From assembly GCA_949487855.1 (NCBI GenBank), contig CATAMV010000035.1:1-56146 (forward strand): DNA of 56,146 bases. The letters are read 5' to 3'. Numbering within the stretch: the first letter of the stretch is position 1; the number at the start of each line of letters is the position of its first letter. The stretch comes from Bacteroidota bacterium (GTDB lineage: Bacteria > Bacteroidota > Bacteroidia > Flavobacteriales > Flavobacteriaceae). Of this stretch, positions 31,772 to 41,565 are shown in pieces. The translations under genes and the position numbers were made by a program. The notes below the pieces were generated by a model. It saw nothing but the letters and a program-made list of their open reading frames with translations, did not search any database and was not told the origin of the DNA.

Positions 31772-31831
31772 ATGCAAAAATACAACTAAACTCCTTTGGT
31801 GCTTATGGCTTTTATATTAATTTTTAACAGC

Positions 31832-33433
31832 TTAATACTGTACTATTTGTAATCCCTCTGCGTCTAAAAGAGCCATCTTTAGCGCACACGTAAATGCATC
31901 TATAGACAAAGCTCCTACAACCGCAGAAAAATGAGCTGTTCTTTCTTGTAATTTCCCATTTGGAAAAAGTGCATTTTGAATGTCAGTAGCGCGAATAATA
32001 TGGTCTTGTAGTTTGATTCGCTGCGCCTTAAGCAATCTTTTTTCGAGGTTTTCCAACCCCTTGATTTGCTTTTTTTCTTGTGCATTAACCGCTCCCAAAA
32101 AAGACGCATCAGTTTGTTTGGCAAGTTCTTTTAATGATTCAAAATGATTGATTAACACATCTTTTTGAGAGCTAAAATCAATGTCAATATCACTAATTTG
32201 GCGTACCCGTTTGTTAATAAATAAGGTTTTTGATAAAAATAAATCCTGTAATTGTAGATTTAGGTTGGCACATTTCTTTACTTGCTTTTCGGACATTAGC
32301 AATACACTCGAGCGGTGTTGTAATAATGGGTATGGAATATCAAATGCTTCAAAAGTAGCCTTCAGTTGTAACCAATATGCCAACTCGCCTCCGCCCCCGA
32401 TATAAGTAATGTTTGGTAAAATACACTCCTGATACAAGGGACGCATAAGTGCGTTTGGAGAAAACCGCTCGGGATGCGATTGTATTTCGTTTTCCAATGC
32501 AGCTTCATCCCAATTGTATGCGCCTTCTGTTGTTGCGTAACTTTTATCTTTTTTTACAATGCGTAAACGCTTGTCATCCAGCAAGTAAAATAAATTAATT
32601 TCCCTTGAATTTACTTGCGGCTTGTAGCCGGATATTACTTTTGCTAATCCGTTATCCGTTTCTAAAACCGTTTTGTTTGTTACTTGTTTCTTAACCTCTT
32701 TGATTAGTGTTGGAACAAAACCTTTCTTAAGTGCAGGATCATCGCCATCAATAACAATTAATCCATACTTTCCAAAAAGCTGATCCACTAACTTTCGGGT
32801 AGCATTGGCCAAATTATCTTCTTTTAAATAACAAGCTGTAAACAATGCCAACAGCTCTTTTCCTAATTGAGTTTTATTCCAATACGGCTCCAACTGACTT
32901 TGTAAATCGGCTAAAGTTTTGGTATGTATTCGCCCTACTGGACCGCCTGATTTTGTTTCCCAGCGCACTTTTTGCTCCCCCAAAAAAAAGTGGTTGATTT
33001 CTTCAAAATCATGATCTTCTGAAGCCATCCAAAACACGGGTACGTAGTGATGGGAACGATCTAACTGTTGCATGCGTTCGGCCATATTAATCGCATCTAA
33101 GATCTTGTACCAAAAAAACAAAGGACCCGTAAAGATATTTAGTTGGTGGCCAGTAGTTACCGTAACTGTATTGGCGTTTTTTAATAGCTGCAGATTTGAT
33201 GAAACTTCTTCTTTTTGATCTATATGTCCATATTGATTATGGATAACATCTACCAGTACTTGTCGGCTTTCTTTTGAGAATGTGGCTGCTCTATTTTGAG
33301 CTACCTTTTGAGCAGATGTTTCTGAAAATAACCCATTATAAAATGAGAAAAGTGCCTTGTCTGATTGCAACATACGCTGCATCAAAGGCGAATACACGCC
33401 CGATTGAAACCCCAAAGATGCTATTGACTTCAC
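31832..33433 (-). CDS. bshC: Bacillithiol biosynthesis cysteine-adding enzyme BshC
   Basis: 533 aa. Length and blocks (TGHQLNIFTGPLFFWYKI, WMASEDHD, YIGGGGELAYWLQL) fit BshC. The first codon is GTG at 33433 and there is no upstream in-frame ATG. Confidence 0.8.
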   Translation of the reverse strand: MKSIASLGFQSGVYSPLMQRMLQSDKALFSFYNGLFSETSAQKVAQNRAATFSKESRQVLVDVIHNQYGHIDQKEEVSSNLQLLKNANTVTVTTGHQLNIFTGPLFFWYKILDAINMAERMQQLDRSHHYVPVFWMASEDHDFEEINHFFLGEQKVRWETKSGGPVGRIHTKTLADLQSQLEPYWNKTQLGKELLALFTACYLKEDNLANATRKLVDQLFGKYGLIVIDGDDPALKKGFVPTLIKEVKKQVTNKTVLETDNGLAKVISGYKPQVNSREINLFYLLDDKRLRIVKKDKSYATTEGAYNWDEAALENEIQSHPERFSPNALMRPLYQECILPNITYIGGGGELAYWLQLKATFEAFDIPYPLLQHRSSVLLMSEKQVKKCANLNLQLQDLFLSKTLFINKRVRQISDIDIDFSSQKDVLINHFESLKELAKQTDASFLGAVNAQEKKQIKGLENLEKRLLKAQRIKLQDHIIRATDIQNALFPNGKLQERTAHFSAVVGALSIDAFTCALKMALLDAEGLQIVQY

Positions 33434-33469
33434 GTGGCAAAAGTAGTTAATATGTGAAATTGACGCATT

Positions 33470-34786
33470 TTACGCCAATTCTTCCTTGGAAGGAACGGCT
33501 TGCAGATCAAAATCTTGCGCAGCAGTAATCTTTAGTTTGGCAAAATCACCAATTTTAAGATAATGTTCTTTTGCATCCACCCAAACCTCGTTATCCACAT
33601 CGGGAGAATCAAATTCAGTACGCCCAACAAAATAGTTCCCTTCTTTTCTATCAATTACGCATTTTAATGTTTTCCCTATCAATGCTTGATTTTTCTCCCA
33701 TGAAATCTGCGCTTGAAGTTCCATGAGTTCGTTTACTCTCGCTTGTTTTACTTCGGCAGGAACATCGTCTTGCAACACATGTGCGTGTGTGTTTTCTTCG
33801 TGACTGTATTGAAAGCAGCCTAAACGCTCAAAACGCATTTCTCTTACCCATGACTTCAACAGTTCAAAATCTTCTTCAGTTTCTCCGGGATAACCCAAAA
33901 TAAGCGAAGTGCGAATTGCCATGTTAGGAACTGCGGTTCTAAATTTATGAAGTAACGCCGTGGTTTTTTCTTGCGTAGTTCCTCGCCTCATGGAGCGTAA
34001 AACAGCATCTGAAATATGCTGTAGCGGAATATCGATGTAGGAACATACTTTTGGTTCCGTTGCAATTACTTCTAACACATCTTCAGGAAATCCGGTTGGA
34101 AAAGCGTAATGCAGACGTATCCACACGATACCCTGAACTTGTGAAAGTGCCTTTAGTAAATCTGCCAAACGGCGTTCTTTGTATAAATCTAGTCCGTAAT
34201 AGGTAGAGTCTTGTGCAATAATAATGAGTTCTTTTACCCCGTTTTTGGCAAGACCTGTGGCTTCCTGAACCAAATCCTCAATAGGTTTAGAGCGATGTGA
34301 TCCGCGCATAAGCGGAATTGCGCAAAAGGAACAAGGGCGATCGCAGCCTTCTGATATTTTTAAATATGCATAGTTTTTGGGTGTTGTCGTAAGGCGTTCT
34401 CCAAGCAACTCGTGGCGGTAATCTGCTCCCAAAGCTTTGAGTAAAAGAGGTAAATCGGTTGTGCCAAAATAATCATCAACATTTGGGATTTCGGCTTCTA
34501 ATTCGGGCTTGTAACGCTCGCTCAAACAACCTGTTACAAAAAGTTTATCTATTTGACCTAACTCTTTTTGTTCAGCAAATGATAAGATCGTATTCACTGA
34601 CTCTTCTTTAGCATTGTCAATGAACCCACATGTATTTACCACAACAATATTACCTTGTTGTTCATAAACCACATCTTTGTTGCTGGCTTTTAGTTGGCCC
34701 ATCAATACCTCAGAATCGTAGATGTTTTTGGAACATCCCAGGGTAACGACGTTTATTTTGTTCTTCTTTGTTGATTTTGTTCGCAT
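33470..34786 (-). CDS. rimO: Ribosomal protein S12 methylthiotransferase
   Basis: 438 aa with an MTTase N-domain (VTLGCSKN), the radical-SAM motif CDRPCSFCAIP, and a C-terminal TRAM domain. Confidence 0.93.
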   Translation of the reverse strand: MRTKSTKKNKINVVTLGCSKNIYDSEVLMGQLKASNKDVVYEQQGNIVVVNTCGFIDNAKEESVNTILSFAEQKELGQIDKLFVTGCLSERYKPELEAEIPNVDDYFGTTDLPLLLKALGADYRHELLGERLTTTPKNYAYLKISEGCDRPCSFCAIPLMRGSHRSKPIEDLVQEATGLAKNGVKELIIIAQDSTYYGLDLYKERRLADLLKALSQVQGIVWIRLHYAFPTGFPEDVLEVIATEPKVCSYIDIPLQHISDAVLRSMRRGTTQEKTTALLHKFRTAVPNMAIRTSLILGYPGETEEDFELLKSWVREMRFERLGCFQYSHEENTHAHVLQDDVPAEVKQARVNELMELQAQISWEKNQALIGKTLKCVIDRKEGNYFVGRTEFDSPDVDNEVWVDAKEHYLKIGDFAKLKITAAQDFDLQAVPSKEELA

Positions 34787-34797
34787 ACTAATTGACT

Positions 34798-35727
34798 TTA
34801 CGCATCGCCAAAAAGCGAATCTAAAAATTCTTTTGCATCAAATGACAGTAAATCTTCTATGCCTTCACCCACTCCAATGTACCGTATGGGCACTTCGAGT
34901 TCGTCTGAAATTCCGATAACCACTCCACCTTTTGCTGTACCGTCTAACTTTGTTAAAATAAGCCCCGAAACAGCAGTAGCCTCGGCAAAAAGTTTGGCTT
35001 GCATAAAGGCATTTTGTCCTGTACCTCCATCTAAAACAAGTAGTACTTCATGTGGTGCATCAGGAATTAATTTTTGTATCACACGCTGGATTTTTGCCAA
35101 CTCCTGCATGAGGTTGGTATTGTTGTGTAAGCGTCCTGCCGTGTCAATTAACAACACATCAACATCTTCTTTTTTGGCGCGCTCTACGGCAGTATATGCT
35201 ACAGAAGCTGGATCACTCCCCTCATGAAGCTCCACAAGAGGAACATTAACACGCTCAGACCACAAGCGCAATTGTGCAACGGCCCCTGCTCTAAAGGTAT
35301 CGGCGGCAGCAAGCATTACGTTTTTTCCTTCGCTTTTATAACGGTGAGCCAACTTTCCAATAGAAGTCGTTTTTCCTGCCCCATTAACTCCCACAACCAA
35401 CACTACTTTGAGATGGTTTGTATTGATTTTTTGTGAAGATACAGTAGCCGTAAGCAGTTCGATAATTTCATCGTAAAGTAATTTATCTAACTCTGAGACT
35501 TTAAGGTATTTTTCTTTAGAGACCCGTTTTTGGAGCCGGTTCATGATTTTTTGGGTTGTTGACACGCCCACATCTGACATCAATAAAACCTCCTCTAATT
35601 CCTCTAATAGATCAGCGTCAACCGAACTGCGGCCTAAAACCGCTTTTTTTAAACGCTGTGTCCAAGCACGCTTGGTCGCAGAAAGACCTGATTGTAATTG
35701 TTCAGATGATTTAGTAAAAAAACCCAT
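34798..35727 (-). CDS. ftsY: Signal recognition particle receptor FtsY (short form)
   Basis: 309 aa with NG-domain motifs GVNGAGKTTSIGKLA, DTAGRL and TKLDGTAKGG. Confidence 0.93.
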   Translation of the reverse strand: MGFFTKSSEQLQSGLSATKRAWTQRLKKAVLGRSSVDADLLEELEEVLLMSDVGVSTTQKIMNRLQKRVSKEKYLKVSELDKLLYDEIIELLTATVSSQKINTNHLKVVLVVGVNGAGKTTSIGKLAHRYKSEGKNVMLAAADTFRAGAVAQLRLWSERVNVPLVELHEGSDPASVAYTAVERAKKEDVDVLLIDTAGRLHNNTNLMQELAKIQRVIQKLIPDAPHEVLLVLDGGTGQNAFMQAKLFAEATAVSGLILTKLDGTAKGGVVIGISDELEVPIRYIGVGEGIEDLLSFDAKEFLDSLFGDA

Positions 35728-35750
35728 GTGCTAAAGGTACGTTATGGCTA

Positions 35751-35778
35751 CAAAAAAAGCCACAAAAAGTGGCTTTTA
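35751..35778 (-). terminator. Rho-independent terminator after the rpmB-rpmG-DUF4295 operon
   Basis: The minus strand reads AGCCAC-TTTTT-GTGGCT followed by TTTTTTT. The stem is 35758-35763/35769-35774 and the U-tract is 35752-35758. It starts 22 nt after the DUF4295 stop. Confidence 0.7.
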
Positions 35779-35799
35779 TATAGTTTAATATGGATTGGT

Positions 35800-35952
35800 T
35801 TATTTTTTAGATAACCAGTCGTTCACCATTTCTGGTGCTAAGATGGTTTCTACAAATGTGTATGCGCCAGATTTTTCGCTACGCACCATTTTAATGGCTT
35901 TCGTAAGACGTTTTGATTTTGTCTGTAATGTTGCTACGGTTTTCTTTGCCAT
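35800..35952 (-). CDS. DUF4295-family small protein (50 aa), absent from the supplied ORF track because it is shorter than 60 aa
   Basis: Hand translation gives MAKKTVATLQTKSKRLTKAIKMVRSEKSGAYTFVETILAPEMVNDWLSKK*. ATG at 35950-35952, TAA at 35800-35802. It begins 2 nt after the rpmG stop; I recall a basic mini-protein in this position as the conserved Bacteroidetes arrangement. Confidence 0.7.
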   Translation of the reverse strand: MAKKTVATLQTKSKRLTKAIKMVRSEKSGAYTFVETILAPEMVNDWLSKK

Positions 35953-35954
35953 AA

Positions 35955-36137
35955 TTACTTAATTTCTTTGTGAACTGTCATGCGCTTTAAGATCGGGTTG
36001 AATTTTTTAATTTCAATACGATCTGGCGTATTCTTTTTGTTTTTGGTTGTGATATATCGTGAAGTTCCTGCTAACCCAGAGTCTTTATGTTCGGTACACT
36101 CTAAAATAACTTGAACGCGATTTCCTTTTTTAGCCAT
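35955..36137 (-). CDS. rpmG: 50S ribosomal protein L33
   Basis: 60 aa: [18 protein letters not shown]...[21 protein letters not shown]. Confidence 0.93.
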   Translation of the reverse strand: MAKKGNRVQVILECTEHKDSGLAGTSRYITTKNKKNTPDRIEIKKFNPILKRMTVHKEIK

Positions 36138-36145
36138 GACGTGTA

Positions 36146-36382
36146 TTATTTGATTAGGCCTTGTGCGCGTGCTTCTTTAATCACAGCTGAAAGCCCTTTT
36201 TTGTTAATGGTTTTTAACGCGGTTGTAGATAATTTAAGTGTTATCCACTTGTCTTCCTCTACAAGATAAAAACGTTTCTTGATAAGGTTTGCACCAAATT
36301 TGCGCTTGGTTTTATTCATGGCATGCGAAACGTTGTTCCCAACCATCGCTTTTTTGCCCGTTAATTCACATACTTTCGACAT
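36146..36382 (-). CDS. rpmB: 50S ribosomal protein L28
   Basis: 78 aa: [29 protein letters not shown]. Confidence 0.93.
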   Translation of the reverse strand: MSKVCELTGKKAMVGNNVSHAMNKTKRKFGANLIKKRFYLVEEDKWITLKLSTTALKTINKKGLSAVIKEARAQGLIK

Positions 36383-36403
36383 GACCTATTTTTTAACAGG
36401 GTG

Positions 36404-36411
36404 CAAACTTA
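36404..36411 (-). promoter_or_regulatory. Candidate -7 promoter box (TAAGTTTG on the minus strand) for rpmB-rpmG-DUF4295
   Basis: Exact TAnnTTTG, ending 21 nt upstream of the rpmB ATG. Confidence 0.45.
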
Positions 36412-36449
36412 GTGAAATATGGCGTTTTAAAAAAATTTTTTAAGCGAAG

Positions 36450-37694
36450 TTAACGAACCAAAATCCCGTGTAACAATTCTAGCGCCTTATTGATAGTTTT
36501 TTGAAGATTTCGTTCACGATGTTTCCCAAAGCAAAAGGTTTCTACAAACTCCTGTTTTGGGGTAATTATGGCAATGCAGACCGTGCCAATTTCGGCATCG
36601 GCTTCTCCTTTTGTTGGACCAAAATTTCCAGTAGTTGCCACAGCGACGTCTGCTGCTGTTTGTTGCAAAACGCCCTTTGCCATTGCTAGCGCAACTGGCT
36701 CACTTACAACAGTATGTTTTGCAAGAAGGTCTTTTGAAACACCCAAAACAGTTTGTTTAATTTCTGTAGCATAACTTACTACTGAGCCTTTAAAATACGC
36801 AGAGGCACCTGCATTTTTGGTGAATAACGAAGCCAAAGTACCACCTGTACAGCTTTCTCCTGTTGCAAGTGTATAACCCTTTGAAATCAGTGCGTTTCCA
36901 ATTTGCTGTTCAATGGGCTCTTCGGACTCAAATCCCTTTATATTTTCACCAATAATCGGATACAAGGCATTAAAAAGCAGATCAATTTCGTTAAGTAACT
37001 TAACTTGATTCGATCCTTTTGCAGACAGACGCAAACGTACACGCCCCAAATTGGGTAAATAAGCCAATTTGATATGCGGCGGGAGCGCATGTTCCCAATC
37101 GGATATTTTTTCGGCAATAATGCTTTCTCCCAATCCGTAAGTCATCATGGTTTTATTAACCAATACAGGAAGAGAAAAGGTTTTTTTTATCTCGGGTATA
37201 AGGTATTCACCCACTAGATATTTCATTTCAAAAGGCACACCCGGAAGCGACACAAAAACGGTGTTTTCTTTTCGCATCCACATGCCCATTGCTGTACCGT
37301 GATGATTAAAAAATTGCTTGCAAGTAGAAGGCAACATTGCCTGAGAGCGATTTAGATCATTAACTGGTGCCTTTACATATTTAGAAAAAAGCATTTCGAT
37401 GTGTGTCATCACTTCGGGACAAAAAACTAACGAATCGTCAAAATATTGACACAAGGTATGTTTGGTGATGTCGTCTTTGGTTGGTCCCAAACCGCCTGTC
37501 ATAACCACCAAATCAACATTGTTTTGGGCTTCACTAAATACCTCTAATATCGCCGTCTTGTCATCCGAAATAGAACGTATTTGACGCACCTCAACCCCAA
37601 TTTTGTTAAGCGCTTTGCCAAGAAAAGCAGCATTAGTGTCCACAATCTGCCCAATAAGTATTTCATCGCCAATGGTTATGATATCTGCTCGCAT
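36450..37694 (-). CDS. cinA: CinA-family protein (MoCF-binding domain plus nicotinamide-nucleotide amidohydrolase PncC domain)
   Basis: 414 aa starting MRADIITIGDEILIGQIVDTN, with GGLGPTKDD and the C-terminal ESCTGG motif. Confidence 0.88.
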   Translation of the reverse strand: MRADIITIGDEILIGQIVDTNAAFLGKALNKIGVEVRQIRSISDDKTAILEVFSEAQNNVDLVVMTGGLGPTKDDITKHTLCQYFDDSLVFCPEVMTHIEMLFSKYVKAPVNDLNRSQAMLPSTCKQFFNHHGTAMGMWMRKENTVFVSLPGVPFEMKYLVGEYLIPEIKKTFSLPVLVNKTMMTYGLGESIIAEKISDWEHALPPHIKLAYLPNLGRVRLRLSAKGSNQVKLLNEIDLLFNALYPIIGENIKGFESEEPIEQQIGNALISKGYTLATGESCTGGTLASLFTKNAGASAYFKGSVVSYATEIKQTVLGVSKDLLAKHTVVSEPVALAMAKGVLQQTAADVAVATTGNFGPTKGEADAEIGTVCIAIITPKQEFVETFCFGKHRERNLQKTINKALELLHGILVR

Positions 37695-38306
37695 CTATTT
37701 TACCGTTACTGAAAACGCTTTATAATCATGGATGAACCCGTCTAACTTATCATTTTTCATTACTTTACCAACACCAGCAGGAGTTCCTGTAAACAGGATA
37801 TCGCCAATCTTTAATGTAAAAAATTGAGATACGTGTTCAATGATTTCGTCAATGCTCCAAAGCATCAAACTGGTGGCTGCATCTTGAACCACTTTTCCGT
37901 TTTTATGAAGAGTGAAAGAGATATTAGACAAATCGCCAAGCGAGGATTTATCAAACCACTTTCCTACCACTGCCGAGCCATCAAATGCCTTTGCTTTTTC
38001 CCACGGCAGTCCGTCAGACTTAAGTTTTTGTTGGAGATCACGTGCTGTGAAGTCAATTCCTAAACCAATTTCATTGTAGTGTTTATGTGCAAATTTGGAT
38101 TGAATATGTTTTCCAATTCGGTTGATTTTCACCAAAACTTCTACCTCATAGTGAACATCACTAGAAAATTCAGGAATAAAAAACGGAAGGTTGGATTGTG
38201 CAATGGCGGTATCGGGCTTGATAAAAATTATAGGCGCATCTGGTCGCGTATTTTGCAATTCATCTATATGATCTGCGTAGTTTCTGCCAATACAAATAAT
38301 TTTCAT
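37695..38306 (-). CDS. Fumarylacetoacetate hydrolase family protein
   Basis: 203 aa with MKIICIGRNYADH, HYEVEL-type and GTPAGVG blocks. The stop directly abuts the cinA ATG, and the start overlaps the exonuclease stop (ATGA). Confidence 0.8.
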   Translation of the reverse strand: MKIICIGRNYADHIDELQNTRPDAPIIFIKPDTAIAQSNLPFFIPEFSSDVHYEVEVLVKINRIGKHIQSKFAHKHYNEIGLGIDFTARDLQQKLKSDGLPWEKAKAFDGSAVVGKWFDKSSLGDLSNISFTLHKNGKVVQDAATSLMLWSIDEIIEHVSQFFTLKIGDILFTGTPAGVGKVMKNDKLDGFIHDYKAFSVTVK

Positions 38307-39076
38307 GAATTGGTATTCAAAGTTTCCAATCGAATGGCAGTTAATACTTTTTTTGTGTAAAGTGGAAAATCAGCATCTAGCAACCAACTAAAATACCCTG
38401 GCTCACGTTGCAATACATCCACTACTTTTTTGCCTTTGTGCTTTCCAAAACTAAACGAAGGTTCGCCATCATCATCAGCAAGAATAAATCCTGCAAAGTC
38501 AATACTTTTACGTCTAGTAGAAAAAGCACTCAACTTCACAACATCATTTTCTAACTCATCGTATTTTTCAATTTGCGCCTTCAGCACCTCATAGGTTGCT
38601 GTGGTATCAGCTGCTGCACTGTGTGCATTTTCTAAATTTTTACCACAATAAAATGAGTAGGCTGCAGAAAGGTTTCGCTTTTCCATTTTGTGAAAAATGG
38701 TTTGCACATCTACGGTTAGTTGTTTTTTAAAATCCACATCAATTCCTGCACGAAGCATTTCCTCTGCCAATAGTGGAATATCAAACCGATCGGAATTAAA
38801 CCCTGCCAAATCAGAGCCTTTAATCATATCGTTAACCTGTTTGCTTAATTGCTTAAAGATAGGTTCGTTGGCAACTTTTTCATCTGTGATACCGTGTACG
38901 GCTGTGGTTTGTGGCGGAATGGGCATTTCAGGGTTCACCAACCACGTTTTTGCTTCTTTATTACCGTTTGGAAAAACCTTTAAAATAGAAATTTCTACAA
39001 TGCGATCTTTTGCCACATTTACACCTGTGGTTTCCAAATCAAAAAAACATAAAGGACGGGTTAACGAAAGTTCCAT
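38303..39076 (-). CDS. DEDDh 3'-5' exonuclease (DnaQ/epsilon-like) with a C-terminal DUF3820-like extension
   Basis: 257 aa with ExoI FFDLETTG, ExoII GFNSDRFD and ExoIII HSAAADT. The C-terminal FGKHKGKKVVDVL..PGYFSWLL block is the extension. Confidence 0.85.
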   Translation of the reverse strand: MELSLTRPLCFFDLETTGVNVAKDRIVEISILKVFPNGNKEAKTWLVNPEMPIPPQTTAVHGITDEKVANEPIFKQLSKQVNDMIKGSDLAGFNSDRFDIPLLAEEMLRAGIDVDFKKQLTVDVQTIFHKMEKRNLSAAYSFYCGKNLENAHSAAADTTATYEVLKAQIEKYDELENDVVKLSAFSTRRKSIDFAGFILADDDGEPSFSFGKHKGKKVVDVLQREPGYFSWLLDADFPLYTKKVLTAIRLETLNTNS

Positions 39077-39077
39077 A

Positions 39078-40382
39078 TTACAGTGTTTGCGTGTTGTCCC
39101 AGTTCTCGATACGTTCTTTTAGACGAAGTAAAAACATCCCGCCCATAGCCCCATTTATGATACGGTGGTCATAACTGTGTGATACCACCATTTGGTGACG
39201 CACAGCAATCACATCGCCGTGTTCAGTTTCCAAAACGGCAGGTACTTTTCGAATTGCGCCAAGCGCAAGAATGGCAACCTGTGGTTGATTTATAATAGGT
39301 GTTCCGGTCAAACTGCCAAACATTCCCACGTTGGTAATCGTGTATGTTCCACCATGAACATCATCGGGGTTTAACGTGTTGTTTCTGGCACTAGAAGCAA
39401 GTTCGTGCACTTTTTTTGCCAACCCTACCATATTGAAAGAGTCTGCTTCTTTAATAACAGGAACGATAAGGTTTCCATCGGGTAAGGCGGTAGCCATTCC
39501 CAAATTAAGATCTTTTTTCTTGATAATATTTGTGCCTTCTAAGGAACTATTTAGCAGTGGAAACTCGGGTAAAATTTGTGCCACAAGCTGAAAAAATATT
39601 GGGGTGAATGTAAGTTTCACTCCGTGTTGTTTCACAAAATCTTGCTTTACTTTTTCACGCCATTTCCACAATTTGGTTACATCAATTTCTATAAAAGACT
39701 GCACGTGTGCTGATGTTTGAAGACTTCGCGTCATGTGTTCCGAAATCATTTGTTCCATGCGTGTCATAGGAATAATAGCATCTTCAACACTTCTTGAAAT
39801 TGGCGGTGTAGCAGTAGGTGTTTTGACAGCAGCTGGTGGGGTTGGTGTTTGCGGTGCTTTTCTGTTTTGGACATATGCCAAAATATCACGCTTTGTCACC
39901 CGACCATCTTTTCCTGTACCAGAAATAGTTGCCAATACTGCCTCTGAAATATTTTCTTGTTTAGCAATGTTTTTTACAAGTGGTGAATAAAAACGAGAAT
40001 CTTCAGTGGTAGATTGTACCGCAGGAGCTACTAATTCTTTTGCTTGCTCCATATAGCTTTCCGCAGTTTCGGTTGCCTTTTCAATAACAGGTGTTTCAAC
40101 TTTTGGCGTTGTTTCTACTACGGTTTGTTGCGGACTTGCCTCGTCGGTTTCAATGAGTGCTAAAGCGGCATCTACGGCAACAACCGCATTTACAGGATGC
40201 AATATTTTTTTGATTACGCCGTTAAACTCACTTGCCACTTCAGAATCTACTTTATCTGTAGCAACCTCAACAACAGCTTCATCAGCAACAACAGTATCGC
40301 CTACTTTTTTCAACCATTGCGTAACGGTAGCTTCAGAAACACTCTCGCCCATTGCGGGCAATACAAGCTGATAAATGGACAT
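39078..40382 (-). CDS. 2-oxo acid dehydrogenase E2 acyltransferase with a single lipoyl domain and no adjacent E1 (possibly the branched-chain type)
   Basis: 434 aa with a lipoyl domain (VEVATDKVDSEV), a PSBD (SPLVKNIAKQENI) and the catalytic SYDHRIINGA motif. Confidence 0.88.
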   Translation of the reverse strand: MSIYQLVLPAMGESVSEATVTQWLKKVGDTVVADEAVVEVATDKVDSEVASEFNGVIKKILHPVNAVVAVDAALALIETDEASPQQTVVETTPKVETPVIEKATETAESYMEQAKELVAPAVQSTTEDSRFYSPLVKNIAKQENISEAVLATISGTGKDGRVTKRDILAYVQNRKAPQTPTPPAAVKTPTATPPISRSVEDAIIPMTRMEQMISEHMTRSLQTSAHVQSFIEIDVTKLWKWREKVKQDFVKQHGVKLTFTPIFFQLVAQILPEFPLLNSSLEGTNIIKKKDLNLGMATALPDGNLIVPVIKEADSFNMVGLAKKVHELASSARNNTLNPDDVHGGTYTITNVGMFGSLTGTPIINQPQVAILALGAIRKVPAVLETEHGDVIAVRHQMVVSHSYDHRIINGAMGGMFLLRLKERIENWDNTQTL

Positions 40383-40423
40383 TTCAATTTTTTTTCAAAA
40401 GTACAAATAAATCATGGCTTGCG

Positions 40424-41563
40424 CTAAGACATTACAAGCACTTCACCTTTGGTGTTACTAGAGTTGCTTCCTACGGCATGCCCTTTATCTGAGCTCAGAA
40501 ATTTATAGGAGAATGAATTTTTATGCAAATCCATAAACGCAATGATTTCTTTAAATGAGATACTTTCAGGGTCAAAAATGATTTCGGTTCTCGTATTTTT
40601 ATATTTTAGTAGGTCATCAAACCTTAATGTATGAACAAAAGGAATGTTTTTATTTACACCTATTTCCAAATTTAGCTCATGAGATATGAGCCAATAACGG
40701 CTTGGTTGTATTTTGTTGCTCATAGCATTAGATCCTCTAAAACGCTTTAAAAAACTAAACACATTCGTGGCTAGTTTAATCCAAATTTTGACCAGATTAG
40801 ACACATGAAAATGCTTGGTATAAAAATAATTCATGGCTTCTCTAAACATCATTTGGTAGGCAAAATCTTTCGGGGTGCTTTCACCTTTAAAGTGAATGAT
40901 ATTTATATCGGGATTGTAAAAATTTAGCTTTCCTAATTGTAAAGAGCGATAGCTTAAATCAATATCGTCTGAATACATAAAGCAATCTTCATCAAAGCCA
41001 TTGAGTGCACGATAATGCGCTGTTTTCATAAACATGTAAGCCCCAACCAAAACATCGGTCTCACCTGCTTTATTTGTAGGTAATTTTAGGTTGTAGTATT
41101 TTCCAAAAAGTTTAGGGACTACTTTATACAACCCCATCACTTTGGTAAATGCCACCCAAGGGGTTGGTACGCCACGTTTAGATTCTTTTAAAAAGCGCCC
41201 TGATCCGTCAATGAGTTTTGGTCCCATAATGGCAAGTTGCTCGTTATTATCCATAAAATATAAGGCCTTGATAAATGTATCTTCCGCCACAACCGTATCT
41301 GGATTTAATACACACAGATACTCTCCTTTTGACTGTTGCACACCAATATTGTTCCCCTTTGGAAACCCTACATTTTGGTTGTTTTGAATAAGTTTTACTT
41401 GTGGAAACTGGGATTTTATCCAAGAAACACTCCCATCTACTGATGCGTTGTCAACTACAATGATTTCGGCATCTATATTTTTTGTAGCTGCCAAAACACT
41501 TTGCAGACACAAATCGATAAAATATTTTACGTTATAGTTTAAAATAATTATAGATAACTTCAT
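40424..41563 (-). CDS. Glycosyltransferase family 2 protein
   Basis: 379 aa with the N-terminal GT-A pattern LSIIILNYNVKYF...IIVVDNASVDGS...LNPDT. Confidence 0.85.
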   Translation of the reverse strand: MKLSIIILNYNVKYFIDLCLQSVLAATKNIDAEIIVVDNASVDGSVSWIKSQFPQVKLIQNNQNVGFPKGNNIGVQQSKGEYLCVLNPDTVVAEDTFIKALYFMDNNEQLAIMGPKLIDGSGRFLKESKRGVPTPWVAFTKVMGLYKVVPKLFGKYYNLKLPTNKAGETDVLVGAYMFMKTAHYRALNGFDEDCFMYSDDIDLSYRSLQLGKLNFYNPDINIIHFKGESTPKDFAYQMMFREAMNYFYTKHFHVSNLVKIWIKLATNVFSFLKRFRGSNAMSNKIQPSRYWLISHELNLEIGVNKNIPFVHTLRFDDLLKYKNTRTEIIFDPESISFKEIIAFMDLHKNSFSYKFLSSDKGHAVGSNSSNTKGEVLVMS

Positions 41564-41565
41564 GC

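Noticed and set aside
34859-35227. A 122-aa plus-strand ORF.
   Set aside because: It is antisense to ftsY and is a shadow ORF.
38697-39122. A 141-aa plus-strand ORF.
   Set aside because: It is entirely antisense to the DEDDh exonuclease gene and the end of E2. It has low-complexity Ser-rich composition and no start context.
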